From contig JBMSEL010000001.1 of NCBI GenBank assembly GCA_049412325.1, positions 15,742 to 79,741 of the forward strand: 64,000 bases of DNA. Reading direction: 5' to 3'. Position numbers and translations under genes: made by a program. Each line of letters starts with the position of its first letter. Positions within the stretch are counted from its first letter, which is position 1. Positions 19,739-29,055 of the stretch are shown here, piece after piece. The DNA is from Poseidonia sp. (lineage in GTDB: Archaea > Thermoplasmatota > Poseidoniia > Poseidoniales > Poseidoniaceae). Below the pieces are notes generated by a model that worked only from the letters and a program-made list of their open reading frames with translations, was not told the origin of the DNA and did not search any database.

Positions 19739-20851
19739 TCAGTAGTGTGAGAATTCTACGCCTTCGATGGCGTGCGTTACACGATGGCCGTGGTCCTTGA
19801 CGTGGCCAACGATGGCAACGCCTTCCATGCGCTCCTGTAACCAAGCGAGAACAGAGGAAGCATGGGCTGCATCAACCGCCACCACCATGCCCATGCCCAT
19901 GTTGAAGGTGCGGTACATTTCGCGTGTTTCAACGCCACCAGCGGACTGGAGCCATGTAAACTCAGGCAGCACCGGGAGCGGAGAATGGATGTCCCATCCC
20001 AACGAAGGGTGGAGTCGGAGCAAGTTGGACAACCCTCCGCCCGTGATGTGGCAAATCCCTCGCACGTGCTGAATGTTGAACGGAGCATCACCGCGAGCAG
20101 CGTTGAGCAGGTCAACCACAGGGTCGCAGTAAATGCGGGTGGGGTTGAGAACCACTTCGCCCAAAGTTGGTTTTCCTTCGGTCCACCGCATCAGTGTCCT
20201 GCCATCATGTGCAGCATCAAACGGCGCTTGGTCGGTGTAGGTCAAGCCGGCATGGTCGACGATCTTGCGAACCAAGGAATAGCCGTTGGAATGAATGCCG
20301 GAAGCGGGCAGGCCGATGAGGACATCACCGTCCTGGAGGTGTTCTCCGGTGATGGCTTGGCCCTTTGGTAACCATCCAAGGGCCGTCCCAGACAGGTCGA
20401 GTTCGGTGACGATGCCGGGCAGCGAAGCGGTTTCTCCGCCTGCGAGGGTGACTCGGGCCAAACGGCACGCTTCAGCCAACGAGGCGCCGAGCGCAGCGTG
20501 GATGGTCGGGTCAGGTCTTGGAACGGCGACATAGTCAACGAACGCGATGGGTTCTGCACCCACGCACAGCAAATCATTGACGTTCATGGCCATGCAGTCA
20601 ATGCCAACGCCGCCCCACTGTCCAAGCATCGTAGCAATCTGGAGTTTGCTGCCCACCCCGTCGGTGGCCATGGCAAGCAGATTGTCGCCAAATTCGATCA
20701 GTCCGCCAAATCCTCCCGGCAGGTCCACCGGTGCACCTGGTGTACCGGGTTGTCGGACACTCTTTGACAGCGCACCGATGAGCGAGGCGACGGCCGACCC
20801 TTCGAGATCGATGTCAACCCCTGCACTGGCGTAGTCCATGGGCTCACTCAT
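19739..20851 (-). CDS. purM: phosphoribosylformylglycinamidine cyclo-ligase (AIR synthase)
   Basis: MSEPMDYASAGVDIDLEG, GGFGGLIEF, MATDGVGSKL, GIDCMAMNVNDLL and the AIR-synthase C-terminal domain. Trimmed to ATG 20851. Confidence 0.92.
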   Translation of the reverse strand: MSEPMDYASAGVDIDLEGSAVASLIGALSKSVRQPGTPGAPVDLPGGFGGLIEFGDNLLAMATDGVGSKLQIATMLGQWGGVGIDCMAMNVNDLLCVGAEPIAFVDYVAVPRPDPTIHAALGASLAEACRLARVTLAGGETASLPGIVTELDLSGTALGWLPKGQAITGEHLQDGDVLIGLPASGIHSNGYSLVRKIVDHAGLTYTDQAPFDAAHDGRTLMRWTEGKPTLGEVVLNPTRIYCDPVVDLLNAARGDAPFNIQHVRGICHITGGGLSNLLRLHPSLGWDIHSPLPVLPEFTWLQSAGGVETREMYRTFNMGMGMVVAVDAAHASSVLAWLQERMEGVAIVGHVKDHGHRVTHAIEGVEFSHY

Positions 20852-20895
20852 GGTGCGTCCATCGGTTGGCGTTTCATGAAGGAATCGCTTGACTT

Positions 20896-21504
20896 TCACG
20901 CGTCAAGAACTTGGCGGGTTAGGGAAATCAGTTCGCCTAAACTCTCGTGAAGGCGATGGCCGTCGTCCACCACATGAAGCGTGACATGACCGAGGTCACC
21001 TTTGGCCAGTTCACTGTTGGCCAGCGGCACGACATCATCGCCGGCTCCGTGAAGAATGGCCGTTGGGTGCTGAAGGGTGGGCCATGAGTGTGTTCGCGCG
21101 ACCTCGACGAAGGACCAGGGCATCACGACCGGCTCGTCCCATCCGGGGGGGTGGAAGGTGTGCGTGCCGGCATCCTCCCATGCTTCCATGGCTTCCTGGC
21201 CGAGGGTAGAAGCGACCAATTCATCGTAGCCGAAAGCGGGCGCCAACAGCACCAGGCGGAGGTCGGCTTCAGGGCGCTGAGCCGCCGCGTTGGCCGTGGC
21301 CAGGCCGCCGAAGGAGGATCCGATCAATACGTCAAATGGACCCATGTCGTCAATGGCTTCCACGACCACACGCGTTTGACAGGCTTGGTCCCACCCGTAT
21401 TTCCGCATATCCAATGTGGTCACATCCCAACCCTGGGCTCGCATCCACGCTGCTTTGCTGCTCTCGGTGCTGGACCACAAGCCGTGGGCGAACGTGACCT
21501 TCAT
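20896..21504 (-). CDS. alpha/beta-fold esterase (YqiA/UPF0227-like)
   Basis: MKVTFAHGLWSS.., nucleophile elbow GSSFGG, late ..DDGHRL (His). Trimmed to ATG 21504. Confidence 0.65.
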   Translation of the reverse strand: MKVTFAHGLWSSTESSKAAWMRAQGWDVTTLDMRKYGWDQACQTRVVVEAIDDMGPFDVLIGSSFGGLATANAAAQRPEADLRLVLLAPAFGYDELVASTLGQEAMEAWEDAGTHTFHPPGWDEPVVMPWSFVEVARTHSWPTLQHPTAILHGAGDDVVPLANSELAKGDLGHVTLHVVDDGHRLHESLGELISLTRQVLDA

Positions 21505-21644
21505 GGTCAAAGGTACGGTTGAGGCTACATGGATTCTTCGCCACCGGCGGTTCTCCACACGACGCGGTTCGGAGGGGAAAAAAGGGGTAGGGGCGGCACA
21601 GAATCTCCAGTGGAAACAAAGGGGTGCTCTCTCGCGCCGAGAAC

Positions 21645-21654
21645 GGTTATAATC
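21645..21654 (+). promoter_or_regulatory. candidate TATA box for mcm (GGTTATAATC)
   Basis: About 39 nt upstream of ATG 21689. SD GGAGGTGA lies at 21679-21686, between the predicted TSS and the ATG. Confidence 0.4.
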
Positions 21655-21688
21655 CGTTGCCTCCGATGGCGAGTGCCCGGAGGTGAAG

Positions 21689-23821
21689 ATGGTGTCTGCG
21701 ATTCAAGAATTTGACCTCCCCGCTCGCTGGACCTCCCTCCTCCAAGACAAGTATTCCGAAGCCATCCACAACCTCGCTAAGATGTGGCCTGACGAAGGCT
21801 CCCTTGAGGTATCGTTCCGTGAAGTTGAGGGCTATGACCACGAATTTGCCCAGGACATCCTCGCCAACCCCGATCATCATTTCCGTGCGGCCAATCAAGC
21901 GCTGCGCCAATTTCTACTGGACGCCGGTGAAGGCAACTTGATGCCGTTTGTTCGTATCGTTCACCTCCCCAGCGATCAGGTTCGGACGGTGTCCCAACTC
22001 CGTGCCGATGACATCGGACGCATGATCGCCATCGATGCAGTGACCACCAAGATCACGGGGGTTCGCCCGCGGCTGTATTCGGCCGTGTTTGAATGCGTGG
22101 CGTGCGGCCACAACATGGAAATCAACCAGCCGAATGAACAAGAGCTCATTGAACCCCTCGAATGCTCCCAAATCGACGGGGGTTGCGGTCGACCCAAGCG
22201 TCAAACTCGGTTCTTGCTCCAGCAACAAGCCTCCCATCTCATCAACTCGCAATTCATTGAACTTCAGGAACTGCCCGAGCAGATGAAGGGCGGCATCCAG
22301 CCTGAACGCATCCTGTGCATTGGCGAGCAGGACCTTGCCGGCCGACTTAACCCGGGCGATCGTGTCAAGGCCAACGGCGTGCTTTTCATCCGCTCGCAAC
22401 GAAAGGGAGGCAAGGATACACCAGTTTTTGACATCTTTTTGCGCATCCATTCCCTTGAGCGACAAAACATTCCGTTGGAGGAGATCATCATCTCCGAGGA
22501 AGAAGAGACTGAAATCAAAGAAATTGCTCGTTCAGAGGGTGTCTACGATTTGCTCACACGCAGTATTGCCCCCTCCATTTTCGGTATGGAGAAAATCAAG
22601 GAATCCCTCATGCTCCAACTTTTTGGCGGGGAAGCACAAGTCAACGAAGACGGGACCCGGAACCGGGGTGACATCCACATCTTGTTGATGGGTGACCCCG
22701 GTGTGGCCAAGTCGCAGCTTCTGCACTACATGTCCACCATCTCGCCCCGTGGGCGGTTCGCCTCGGGTCAATCCGCCTCAGCTGCGGGGCTGACCGCTGC
22801 GGCCGTGCAGGATGCGGCGGCTGACGGACGTTGGACCCTCGAGGCCGGCGCTTTGGTGCTGGCCGACCTTGGGTTGGCGGCCATTGACGAATTCGATAAA
22901 ATGAATACGGCCGATCGTTCGAGCATGCACGAAGCGATGGAACAGCAGAGCATCTCCATTTCCAAGGCTGGCATCAACGCCAGCCTCCGTACCCGTTGCG
23001 CTGTACTCGCGGCCGCCAACCCCACCAGCGGACGTTTCCAACCGGTCAGCGACGTACCGTTCACGTCACAAATCAACCTCGCGCCTCCGCTCATTTCTCG
23101 CTTTGATATCATTTGGTTGTTGACCGATACACCGAACGCCTCTCATGACGAAAAAATTGCATCTCACATCATCTCGAACAGGTTGAAAGGAAGCAGCGAA
23201 CTGCTCGTCAAGGAAGGAACCATACCTGACCCTACCCGCTCAACGGCCCAGCGAAAAGATGCCAAGAAGGCCGACGGCACGTATGAGGTGCTTCCTCGGG
23301 AATTGCTCAGAAAATACGTGGCTTACTCCAAGCGCATGTACCACCCCAGACTCAACGATGATGCGCGAAAGATGATCGTCGCCTACTACGTAGAAACGAG
23401 GAAAGCAGGCGGGGAATCCGAAGACAGCGTGGCCATCACCGCCCGCTCTCTCGAAGCCCTCTCTCGTCTTGCGGAAGCCAGTGCTCGCATCCGCCTCTCA
23501 GAAACCGCCACCGCTGAGGACGCCGAGCGCGCCATTCGTCTCACCAAGACTTGGCGACACGAACTCATGGGCGAGAACTTTGATGTGACGACCATCGAAT
23601 CGGGCAAGAAGGGCAAGGTTCGCAACCAAGAAAAAGCCATCATTGACATCGTTTCCGTGCTCCAAAACGATTCGGGCACGGCCGCTAATTTGCTTGATGT
23701 CTTAACCGAGGCAGAACGTCGAGACATTCCTCGCAGCAAGGCGGAGGACATCATCGACAAGTTATGCCGAGACGGGCGCATGATGCGACCTTCTGGCTAC
23801 GATACCCTCCAAATTGTTTGA
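21689..23821 (+). CDS. mcm: MCM replicative helicase
   Basis: N-terminal Zn motif CVACGH..CSQIDGGCG; Walker A GDPGVAKSQLL; Walker B AAIDEFDKM; arginine finger SRFDIIWLL; C-terminal winged helix. No intein. Confidence 0.95.
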   Translation: MVSAIQEFDLPARWTSLLQDKYSEAIHNLAKMWPDEGSLEVSFREVEGYDHEFAQDILANPDHHFRAANQALRQFLLDAGEGNLMPFVRIVHLPSDQVRTVSQLRADDIGRMIAIDAVTTKITGVRPRLYSAVFECVACGHNMEINQPNEQELIEPLECSQIDGGCGRPKRQTRFLLQQQASHLINSQFIELQELPEQMKGGIQPERILCIGEQDLAGRLNPGDRVKANGVLFIRSQRKGGKDTPVFDIFLRIHSLERQNIPLEEIIISEEEETEIKEIARSEGVYDLLTRSIAPSIFGMEKIKESLMLQLFGGEAQVNEDGTRNRGDIHILLMGDPGVAKSQLLHYMSTISPRGRFASGQSASAAGLTAAAVQDAAADGRWTLEAGALVLADLGLAAIDEFDKMNTADRSSMHEAMEQQSISISKAGINASLRTRCAVLAAANPTSGRFQPVSDVPFTSQINLAPPLISRFDIIWLLTDTPNASHDEKIASHIISNRLKGSSELLVKEGTIPDPTRSTAQRKDAKKADGTYEVLPRELLRKYVAYSKRMYHPRLNDDARKMIVAYYVETRKAGGESEDSVAITARSLEALSRLAEASARIRLSETATAEDAERAIRLTKTWRHELMGENFDVTTIESGKKGKVRNQEKAIIDIVSVLQNDSGTAANLLDVLTEAERRDIPRSKAEDIIDKLCRDGRMMRPSGYDTLQIV

Positions 23822-23869
23822 GTTTCAACCAAGGGTTGTGCTCATGAAGGGTGAGCGCTTGGCAAGCAC

Positions 23870-25888
23870 ATGGCCGATGAACCCGTGGGCGATGTCCACC
23901 GACCCTCGGAGTTGGACCCCGAACAACTGGGGTTCATGTGCGGCCTCGAGGTCCACCAACAACTCGCCACTGGAAAATTACACTCACGGGAGAGCGGCGA
24001 ACTTTACGACATCACCATCGACACCCTCCCAGACGACTGGCCGACCTATGAGCGTCGTTTGAGAGCCAGCCGTGGCGAAGGAGGAGTGGTCGATGTAGCA
24101 GCCCGCTTCGAGTCCAAGCGAAATCGCAGTTTTGTCTACGCCCAATCGCCCAACGCTGGGCTTATCGAACTCGATGAACAACCGCCATTGGCGTTGGATG
24201 AAGACGCCCTCGACATCACGCTGACCGTGTCGGCTCTGCTTGATGCGAAGCCCGTTTCTTTGATTCAGACCATGCGAAAAACGGTGGTGGACGGTTCCAA
24301 CACCAGCGGCTTCCAACGCACCTCGCTGATCGCCACAGATGGCGTCCTCGCCACCTCCGAAGGGCCTGTGGGCGTGGACGTGGTGTGCCTTGAGGAAGAC
24401 AGTGCACGAAAATTGGACACGGTTGACCTCGGTCATGGCCAGCAAGTCATCTACAACCTTGACCGCTTGGGATTGCCGCTGATTGAAATCGCCACGTCGC
24501 CTGATGTGCGTTCGCCCGACCACGCCAAGACCACCGCCATGGCATTGGGCCGCGTCCTGCGTCGAACTCGCCGCGTTCGTCGGGGGTTGGGCAGCATCCG
24601 ACAAGACCTCAACGTCTCCATTGCCGCTGGCGACCGCGTGGAGATCAAAGGCTGTCAGGACCTCAATTGGATTCCAACCATCATCCGTCTTGAAATGGCC
24701 CGCCAGCTGCACTTCTATCGGTTGGCCAACGACCTCCGAGCCGATCTTGAACTCCCGCCATTGCCCGCGCACCGCGACGATGACGACGCCGATGTGGAAG
24801 AGCAGGTTGCTCGTTCCGTGGCAGAGTGCCTTCCACTTGACTTGCATGATGTCTCATCGTTATTTTCCTCAACCCAGTCGGGGATGATCGCTGACGGCCT
24901 GAACAACGGCGCCCTCATGATGGCCCTCCCCCTCAAGGGCTTGCTGGGTCGTCTCGGGACGAAGACGAAGGACGACGATGGCGCGCAACTGCCTCGCCTG
25001 GGCCGTGAACTGGCTGGAGCAGCAAAGTTGGCCGGCGTCAAGGGCATTTTCCACGCTGATGAACTGCCTGCCTACGGCATCAGCGCTGACGAGGTCAGCG
25101 CCGTGCGTTCCAATCTCAACTTGACCGACAACGACGCCTTCGTCTTGTGTTGCGCTCCAGCGTGGCAGGCCCGCCTGGCCCTCGAAGCCGTCCTCAATCG
25201 GGCTCGTCTTGCATGGCATCGCCTTCCCCAAGAAGTTCGAAACGTTGTGGTGAAGAAAGGTGCACCCGAAGACGGTACCACCTCGCCCATGCGCCCGCTC
25301 CCGGGGCGTTCCCGAATGTACCCTGAGACGGATGTCCCGCCCCGCGTGCTCGATGCAACCGATTGGGCGGCGGTCATGGCATCGCTTCCAATGTCGGATG
25401 AAGAACGCATCCACCGCCTCTCCTCATTCGAAATGTCAACCGATCAGTCGGAGCAGTTACTGGCGCGGGAACTCGACGATGTCTTTTGCGAGCACGCTTC
25501 CTCGTTGCCGGCCAAGGCTTGGGCGGCTTTGCTGCTCAACCACGATTCAGAACACCCTCAAACGTTGGCGAACATCCTTGCGCTTCGAGAGGAAGGAGCG
25601 CTGGCTCGCGACCACGTTGACCGGGTGGTTGAGGCACACACGGGCCGCCTTGTTTCCACGGATGAACTTCGAGCTTACTGTTCTGCTCACCAGTTGGCAC
25701 CGGCTGACATCGGTGGGCTCGAAGATGTGATTCGGGGGATTGTCGCCGAACGCTTGGACTTCGTGAAAGAACGCGGCATGGGTGCGATGGGCCCGTTGAT
25801 GGGCGTGGTCATGCAAGCAGCCGGTGGCGCAGATGGAAAGGAAGTCAGTGCGCTTCTACGTGCTGCGATTCAAGCCGTGTTGGAGTGA
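23870..25888 (+). CDS. gatE: Glu-tRNA(Gln) amidotransferase subunit E (archaeal GatE)
   Basis: GFMCGLEVHQQL, the AspRS-like insertion domain, the GatB-like core (ETDVPP) and the YqeY-like tail. 672 aa. Confidence 0.9.
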   Translation: MADEPVGDVHRPSELDPEQLGFMCGLEVHQQLATGKLHSRESGELYDITIDTLPDDWPTYERRLRASRGEGGVVDVAARFESKRNRSFVYAQSPNAGLIELDEQPPLALDEDALDITLTVSALLDAKPVSLIQTMRKTVVDGSNTSGFQRTSLIATDGVLATSEGPVGVDVVCLEEDSARKLDTVDLGHGQQVIYNLDRLGLPLIEIATSPDVRSPDHAKTTAMALGRVLRRTRRVRRGLGSIRQDLNVSIAAGDRVEIKGCQDLNWIPTIIRLEMARQLHFYRLANDLRADLELPPLPAHRDDDDADVEEQVARSVAECLPLDLHDVSSLFSSTQSGMIADGLNNGALMMALPLKGLLGRLGTKTKDDDGAQLPRLGRELAGAAKLAGVKGIFHADELPAYGISADEVSAVRSNLNLTDNDAFVLCCAPAWQARLALEAVLNRARLAWHRLPQEVRNVVVKKGAPEDGTTSPMRPLPGRSRMYPETDVPPRVLDATDWAAVMASLPMSDEERIHRLSSFEMSTDQSEQLLARELDDVFCEHASSLPAKAWAALLLNHDSEHPQTLANILALREEGALARDHVDRVVEAHTGRLVSTDELRAYCSAHQLAPADIGGLEDVIRGIVAERLDFVKERGMGAMGPLMGVVMQAAGGADGKEVSALLRAAIQAVLE

Positions 25889-25895
25889 ACGGCCG

Positions 25896-27551
25896 ATGAA
25901 ACGAGCGCCATTCTTGGTCGCTGCGTTGGCCCTCCTGCTGCTCGCCCCGCTGTCAGTTGCGCAACCGTGGACGCCGGCATGGGAAGCCAACCTTGGCCCG
26001 GGTTACATCACCACTTCACCGGTGGTGGATGAGGACCACGTGTATGTGCGGACCTCTGGGTTCTGGACGGGTGAAGAACGACCGGAAGTGATGGCGTTTT
26101 CCCACGACGGCGAGCAGCGCTGGACGTACCGCAGCGAGACCACCACGCAGCATGACATGGCTCCACTGGTCAAGGTGGAGGCTGGTTCAGGCCTCTGTGG
26201 AGCGTGGCCCAACCTGCTCTTGGTTGGATGGGCGGACGGTCGCTTCACGGCGCTTCATTCCTCCAACGGGACCTTGCAGTGGCAGGTGAATTCAACGGTG
26301 GACGGATGGGGCATTACGGGAGCCCCACTCATCGATGGCGACCGCGTGGTGGTACCAACACGAACCGGCCTGATGCGTCTGTGCCTCGCCGACGGCGCTA
26401 TCGACTTCCAAACGGATCTCGGGAAAGGATGGCGCAACGGCGTCACCCTCCACGGCGGCGCCTATTGGTTGGGTGATGAAGCAGGTCAGTTGTGGGCCGT
26501 GGAGGCCGACGGGACAGTCCGTGAGACGCACGACCTTTCCGCTTCCTTGCGACACGCCCCGGTCAGCATCGGTGATGGCCTGCTGCTCCACGTTCAAGAG
26601 GAGACCCTCAGCCGACTGCTCCTGTTCAACAGCACGTCGAGCACCCTGGCAGAACTTGCTGTACTCGGCCGTTCACCCGCCATCCCGCTGGTGATGGGTA
26701 CGACCGTTGTGTTGGGCCATAGCGATGGATTGACCACCGTCCAATGCAACCCCGAATGCCTCCTTGTCGACACCTATTCCACGAAGGTGAATGGCGAGAT
26801 GCGATGGCGTTCCTCAGACCAATTCTTTGCCCCAGTGAACACCCAAGAGGGCGGATGGTTGAGTGTCATGGTTGGGGACGATGGAACGATGCGTGAAGTG
26901 AGTCGCTTCACGACACCTCATGATGGCTTCAGCACCTCAGCACCGGCATGGACCGCCACCCAGATGTACTTGGGCAACGATGCAGGCGTGCTGATGGCGT
27001 ACGAGGTTGAACGCACGGCCACCAGCGATGATGCGACATTGACGTCCACCCCACTGATTGGCCTGACAGCAATTTCGCTCGGTTTGATCGCAGCAGCATG
27101 GTTGTCAAATCGCGGACGGACCACGGACGCGTGGCGGCTGTTGACATTGGGAGCCGTGGCTGTAGCCTTGTTGATGCTTCCCGACCTCGCTGCTTCATGG
27201 AACGCCTGGCTGGTGGAGGAAAAGGCGACCCCCGAGGAGGTGCCCTGGGACCCATCGTGGCCAGACGAATGGCTGGGCACCCAAATCGTGGTGTTTGAGT
27301 TGCCGGATGAAACCCTGGTGGTTGGCGGCTTACTCGCTCACGAGACGGTTTGGGAATTGACGGTCGCCGCAGCGGAAGAACGCCATCTCTCCATCAACAC
27401 CGAGACCACGGGAATCGGTCTCTACCTCACCGCTATTGATGGCGTGGAAGCGACGGGGTGGGAGTACACCGTCAATGACCAGCGCGGCGTGCTCGCCATC
27501 GACGAGGCGGAGATTGAGACGACCCTTGTCTTGCGCTGGCATCTTGCTTGA
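25896..27551 (+). CDS. secreted PQQ/BamB-like beta-propeller protein with two TM helices and a C-terminal DUF4430-like (transcobalamin-beta-like) domain
   Basis: Signal peptide MKRAPFLVAALALLLLAPLSVAQP. Repeated ..DG..W.. propeller blades (GEQRWTY, GTLQWQV, GQLWAVE). TM pair IGLTAISLGLIAAAWL / LLTLGAVAVALLML. C-terminal GIGLYLTAIDGVEATGWEYTVNDQRGVLAIDEAEI fits the DUF4430 pattern. Confidence 0.7.
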   Translation: MKRAPFLVAALALLLLAPLSVAQPWTPAWEANLGPGYITTSPVVDEDHVYVRTSGFWTGEERPEVMAFSHDGEQRWTYRSETTTQHDMAPLVKVEAGSGLCGAWPNLLLVGWADGRFTALHSSNGTLQWQVNSTVDGWGITGAPLIDGDRVVVPTRTGLMRLCLADGAIDFQTDLGKGWRNGVTLHGGAYWLGDEAGQLWAVEADGTVRETHDLSASLRHAPVSIGDGLLLHVQEETLSRLLLFNSTSSTLAELAVLGRSPAIPLVMGTTVVLGHSDGLTTVQCNPECLLVDTYSTKVNGEMRWRSSDQFFAPVNTQEGGWLSVMVGDDGTMREVSRFTTPHDGFSTSAPAWTATQMYLGNDAGVLMAYEVERTATSDDATLTSTPLIGLTAISLGLIAAAWLSNRGRTTDAWRLLTLGAVAVALLMLPDLAASWNAWLVEEKATPEEVPWDPSWPDEWLGTQIVVFELPDETLVVGGLLAHETVWELTVAAAEERHLSINTETTGIGLYLTAIDGVEATGWEYTVNDQRGVLAIDEAEIETTLVLRWHLA

Positions 27552-28252
27552 GGGTGGCAACCCTCAAGGCTGGCCGCCTTCTCGGACGGTTCATGTTCCA
27601 AGCGCTGGGGGTTCACGGGCCGGAATTGTCCCCCGCTGGTGCTGCTCTCCTCGATGTCGTCTTGGTTGGAACAGCGTTTGCGTTTTTGTTCTCAGCGCCA
27701 CGAGCCAACCGTATGACAGCGGCCATGCTGGCCACGATGGTCGTCGCCATGGCGGCCCTCCGGGTCGTCATGCAACCGCTCCCAAACATTCAGCCCGTGA
27801 CGGTGGCTGCCTTGCTCGTAGGGGCTCATTTGGGCGCTAAGCGAGGTGTGGCGTTCGCCATTCTTGTGACCCTCTTGTCCAACCTTCTCATCAGTCATGG
27901 ATGGTGGACCCTCTTCCAGGCCTTGGGCTGGTCGGTTGTTGCGGTGGTCGGTGCCAGAGCGAACCTCATCGCCGACGGGCGCCTCAACCATGCTCGCTTG
28001 TATGTTGCTGCAGCCTTGGTGGCTCCTCTCTTTGGTCTGATTTCGACCCTTTCGTTGGTCTCCGGCAGCATGACGGTCGGTCAATTTGCGCTGTTGATCG
28101 GCCAAGGGCTGCCCTTTGACGCCGTCCACGCCCTCGGAAATGTCGCCTTTGCCGTTTGGACGGGCTCGATGCTCCATCGCTTCCTCAGCGGTTTGACCGC
28201 TCTGGAGAATGACGTGTTGGCGACGGGTGAACTGCATGGCCTCGATGCATGA
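27548..28252 (+). CDS. polytopic membrane protein, possibly an ECF-transporter S-component-like protein
   Basis: About 6 hydrophobic helices. PLPNIQPVTVAALLVGAHLGAKRG..LLSNLLISHGWWT resembles S-component motifs (low confidence). The start overlaps the upstream stop (TTG 27548); ATG 27593 is an alternative. Confidence 0.5.
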   Translation: MRVATLKAGRLLGRFMFQALGVHGPELSPAGAALLDVVLVGTAFAFLFSAPRANRMTAAMLATMVVAMAALRVVMQPLPNIQPVTVAALLVGAHLGAKRGVAFAILVTLLSNLLISHGWWTLFQALGWSVVAVVGARANLIADGRLNHARLYVAAALVAPLFGLISTLSLVSGSMTVGQFALLIGQGLPFDAVHALGNVAFAVWTGSMLHRFLSGLTALENDVLATGELHGLDA

Positions 28253-28592
28253 CGCACCCACCATGGCCCTCATCGTGCGTCAAGATTTGGCGTTGAGCAC
28301 CGGTAAACTGGCGGCGCAGTGCGCCCACGCTGCCGTCGACGTCGTTCGGGCGGCACGCCGGTCAAGGTTACTCGAACGTTGGCGGGCAGGCGGCGCGAGA
28401 AAAATTGTGCTCGGTGTGGACGACCTCGAAGCCATGCATGCGCTTCACGCCTCGATTCCCAGCGGATGTTACGCTGCATTGGTGACCGATGCAGGCCGCA
28501 CTGAAATTCCAGCAGGAACGGTGACCGTGCTCGGCATCATGGGTCCACGACGAGCGATGGATACCCTGCTTCGCCACCTGGACGCGTTATGA
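28245..28592 (+). CDS. Pth2-family peptidyl-tRNA hydrolase paralog (divergent copy)
   Basis: MALIVRQDLALSTGKLAAQCAHAAV..KIVLGV..LVTDAGRTEIPAGTVTVLGI is the Pth2 fold pattern. The start overlaps the upstream gene by 8 nt; ATG 28263 is an alternative. Confidence 0.75.
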   Translation: MHDAPTMALIVRQDLALSTGKLAAQCAHAAVDVVRAARRSRLLERWRAGGARKIVLGVDDLEAMHALHASIPSGCYAALVTDAGRTEIPAGTVTVLGIMGPRRAMDTLLRHLDAL

Positions 28593-28670
28593 GGTGATGA
28601 ATTGGGTCTTCGTTCGTTTCTTCATCGAATCACGGCGCCCACGCCAACCAGCATGCCGGTGGAAGGTTCG

Positions 28671-29018
28671 ATGAAACTGGTGTGCGTCGTGAATCAATCG
28701 TTGAAAATGGGCAAGGGGAAAATCGCAGCCCAAGTCGGGCACGCCTCCATTCAGGCTTTTCTCGGCGCTGGGGTGAGCCATCCACAACATGTTGAGGCGT
28801 GGTTGGCCGAAGGGCAGAAGAAAATCTGCCTGAAAATTCCGGAAGCCTCGGCGTTTGATGACCTCACTCGCCTTGCTCGACAGCACAACATCCCCGTTCA
28901 TCTCGTTCGGGATGCGGGTCATACGCAGATTCCGAAAGGTTCTGCCACAGTGCTGGCTTTAGGTCCGTTTAACGAAACGGCGCTTGACGAGTTGACCGGC
29001 CACCTGAAATTACTCTAA
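28671..29018 (+). CDS. pth2: archaeal-type peptidyl-tRNA hydrolase Pth2
   Basis: MKLVCVVNQSLKMGKGKIAAQVGHAS..KICLKI..LVRDAGHTQIPKGSATVLALGP..HLKLL. ATG 28671 gives 115 aa. Alternative starts are ATG 28653 or TTG 28602 behind SD GAGGTGA. Confidence 0.85.
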   Translation: MKLVCVVNQSLKMGKGKIAAQVGHASIQAFLGAGVSHPQHVEAWLAEGQKKICLKIPEASAFDDLTRLARQHNIPVHLVRDAGHTQIPKGSATVLALGPFNETALDELTGHLKLL

Positions 29019-29055
29019 TCACCGCATTGATGAAGGAGGGCGTTGAGCCTATCCC

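Noticed and set aside
21571-21596. G-rich stretch GGAGGGGAAAAAAGGGGTAGGGGCGG as a G-quadruplex in the mcm divergent promoter
   Set aside because: There are only three runs of at least 3 G, and the fourth run is GG, so a canonical three-tetrad G4 cannot form. It is not distinctive enough.
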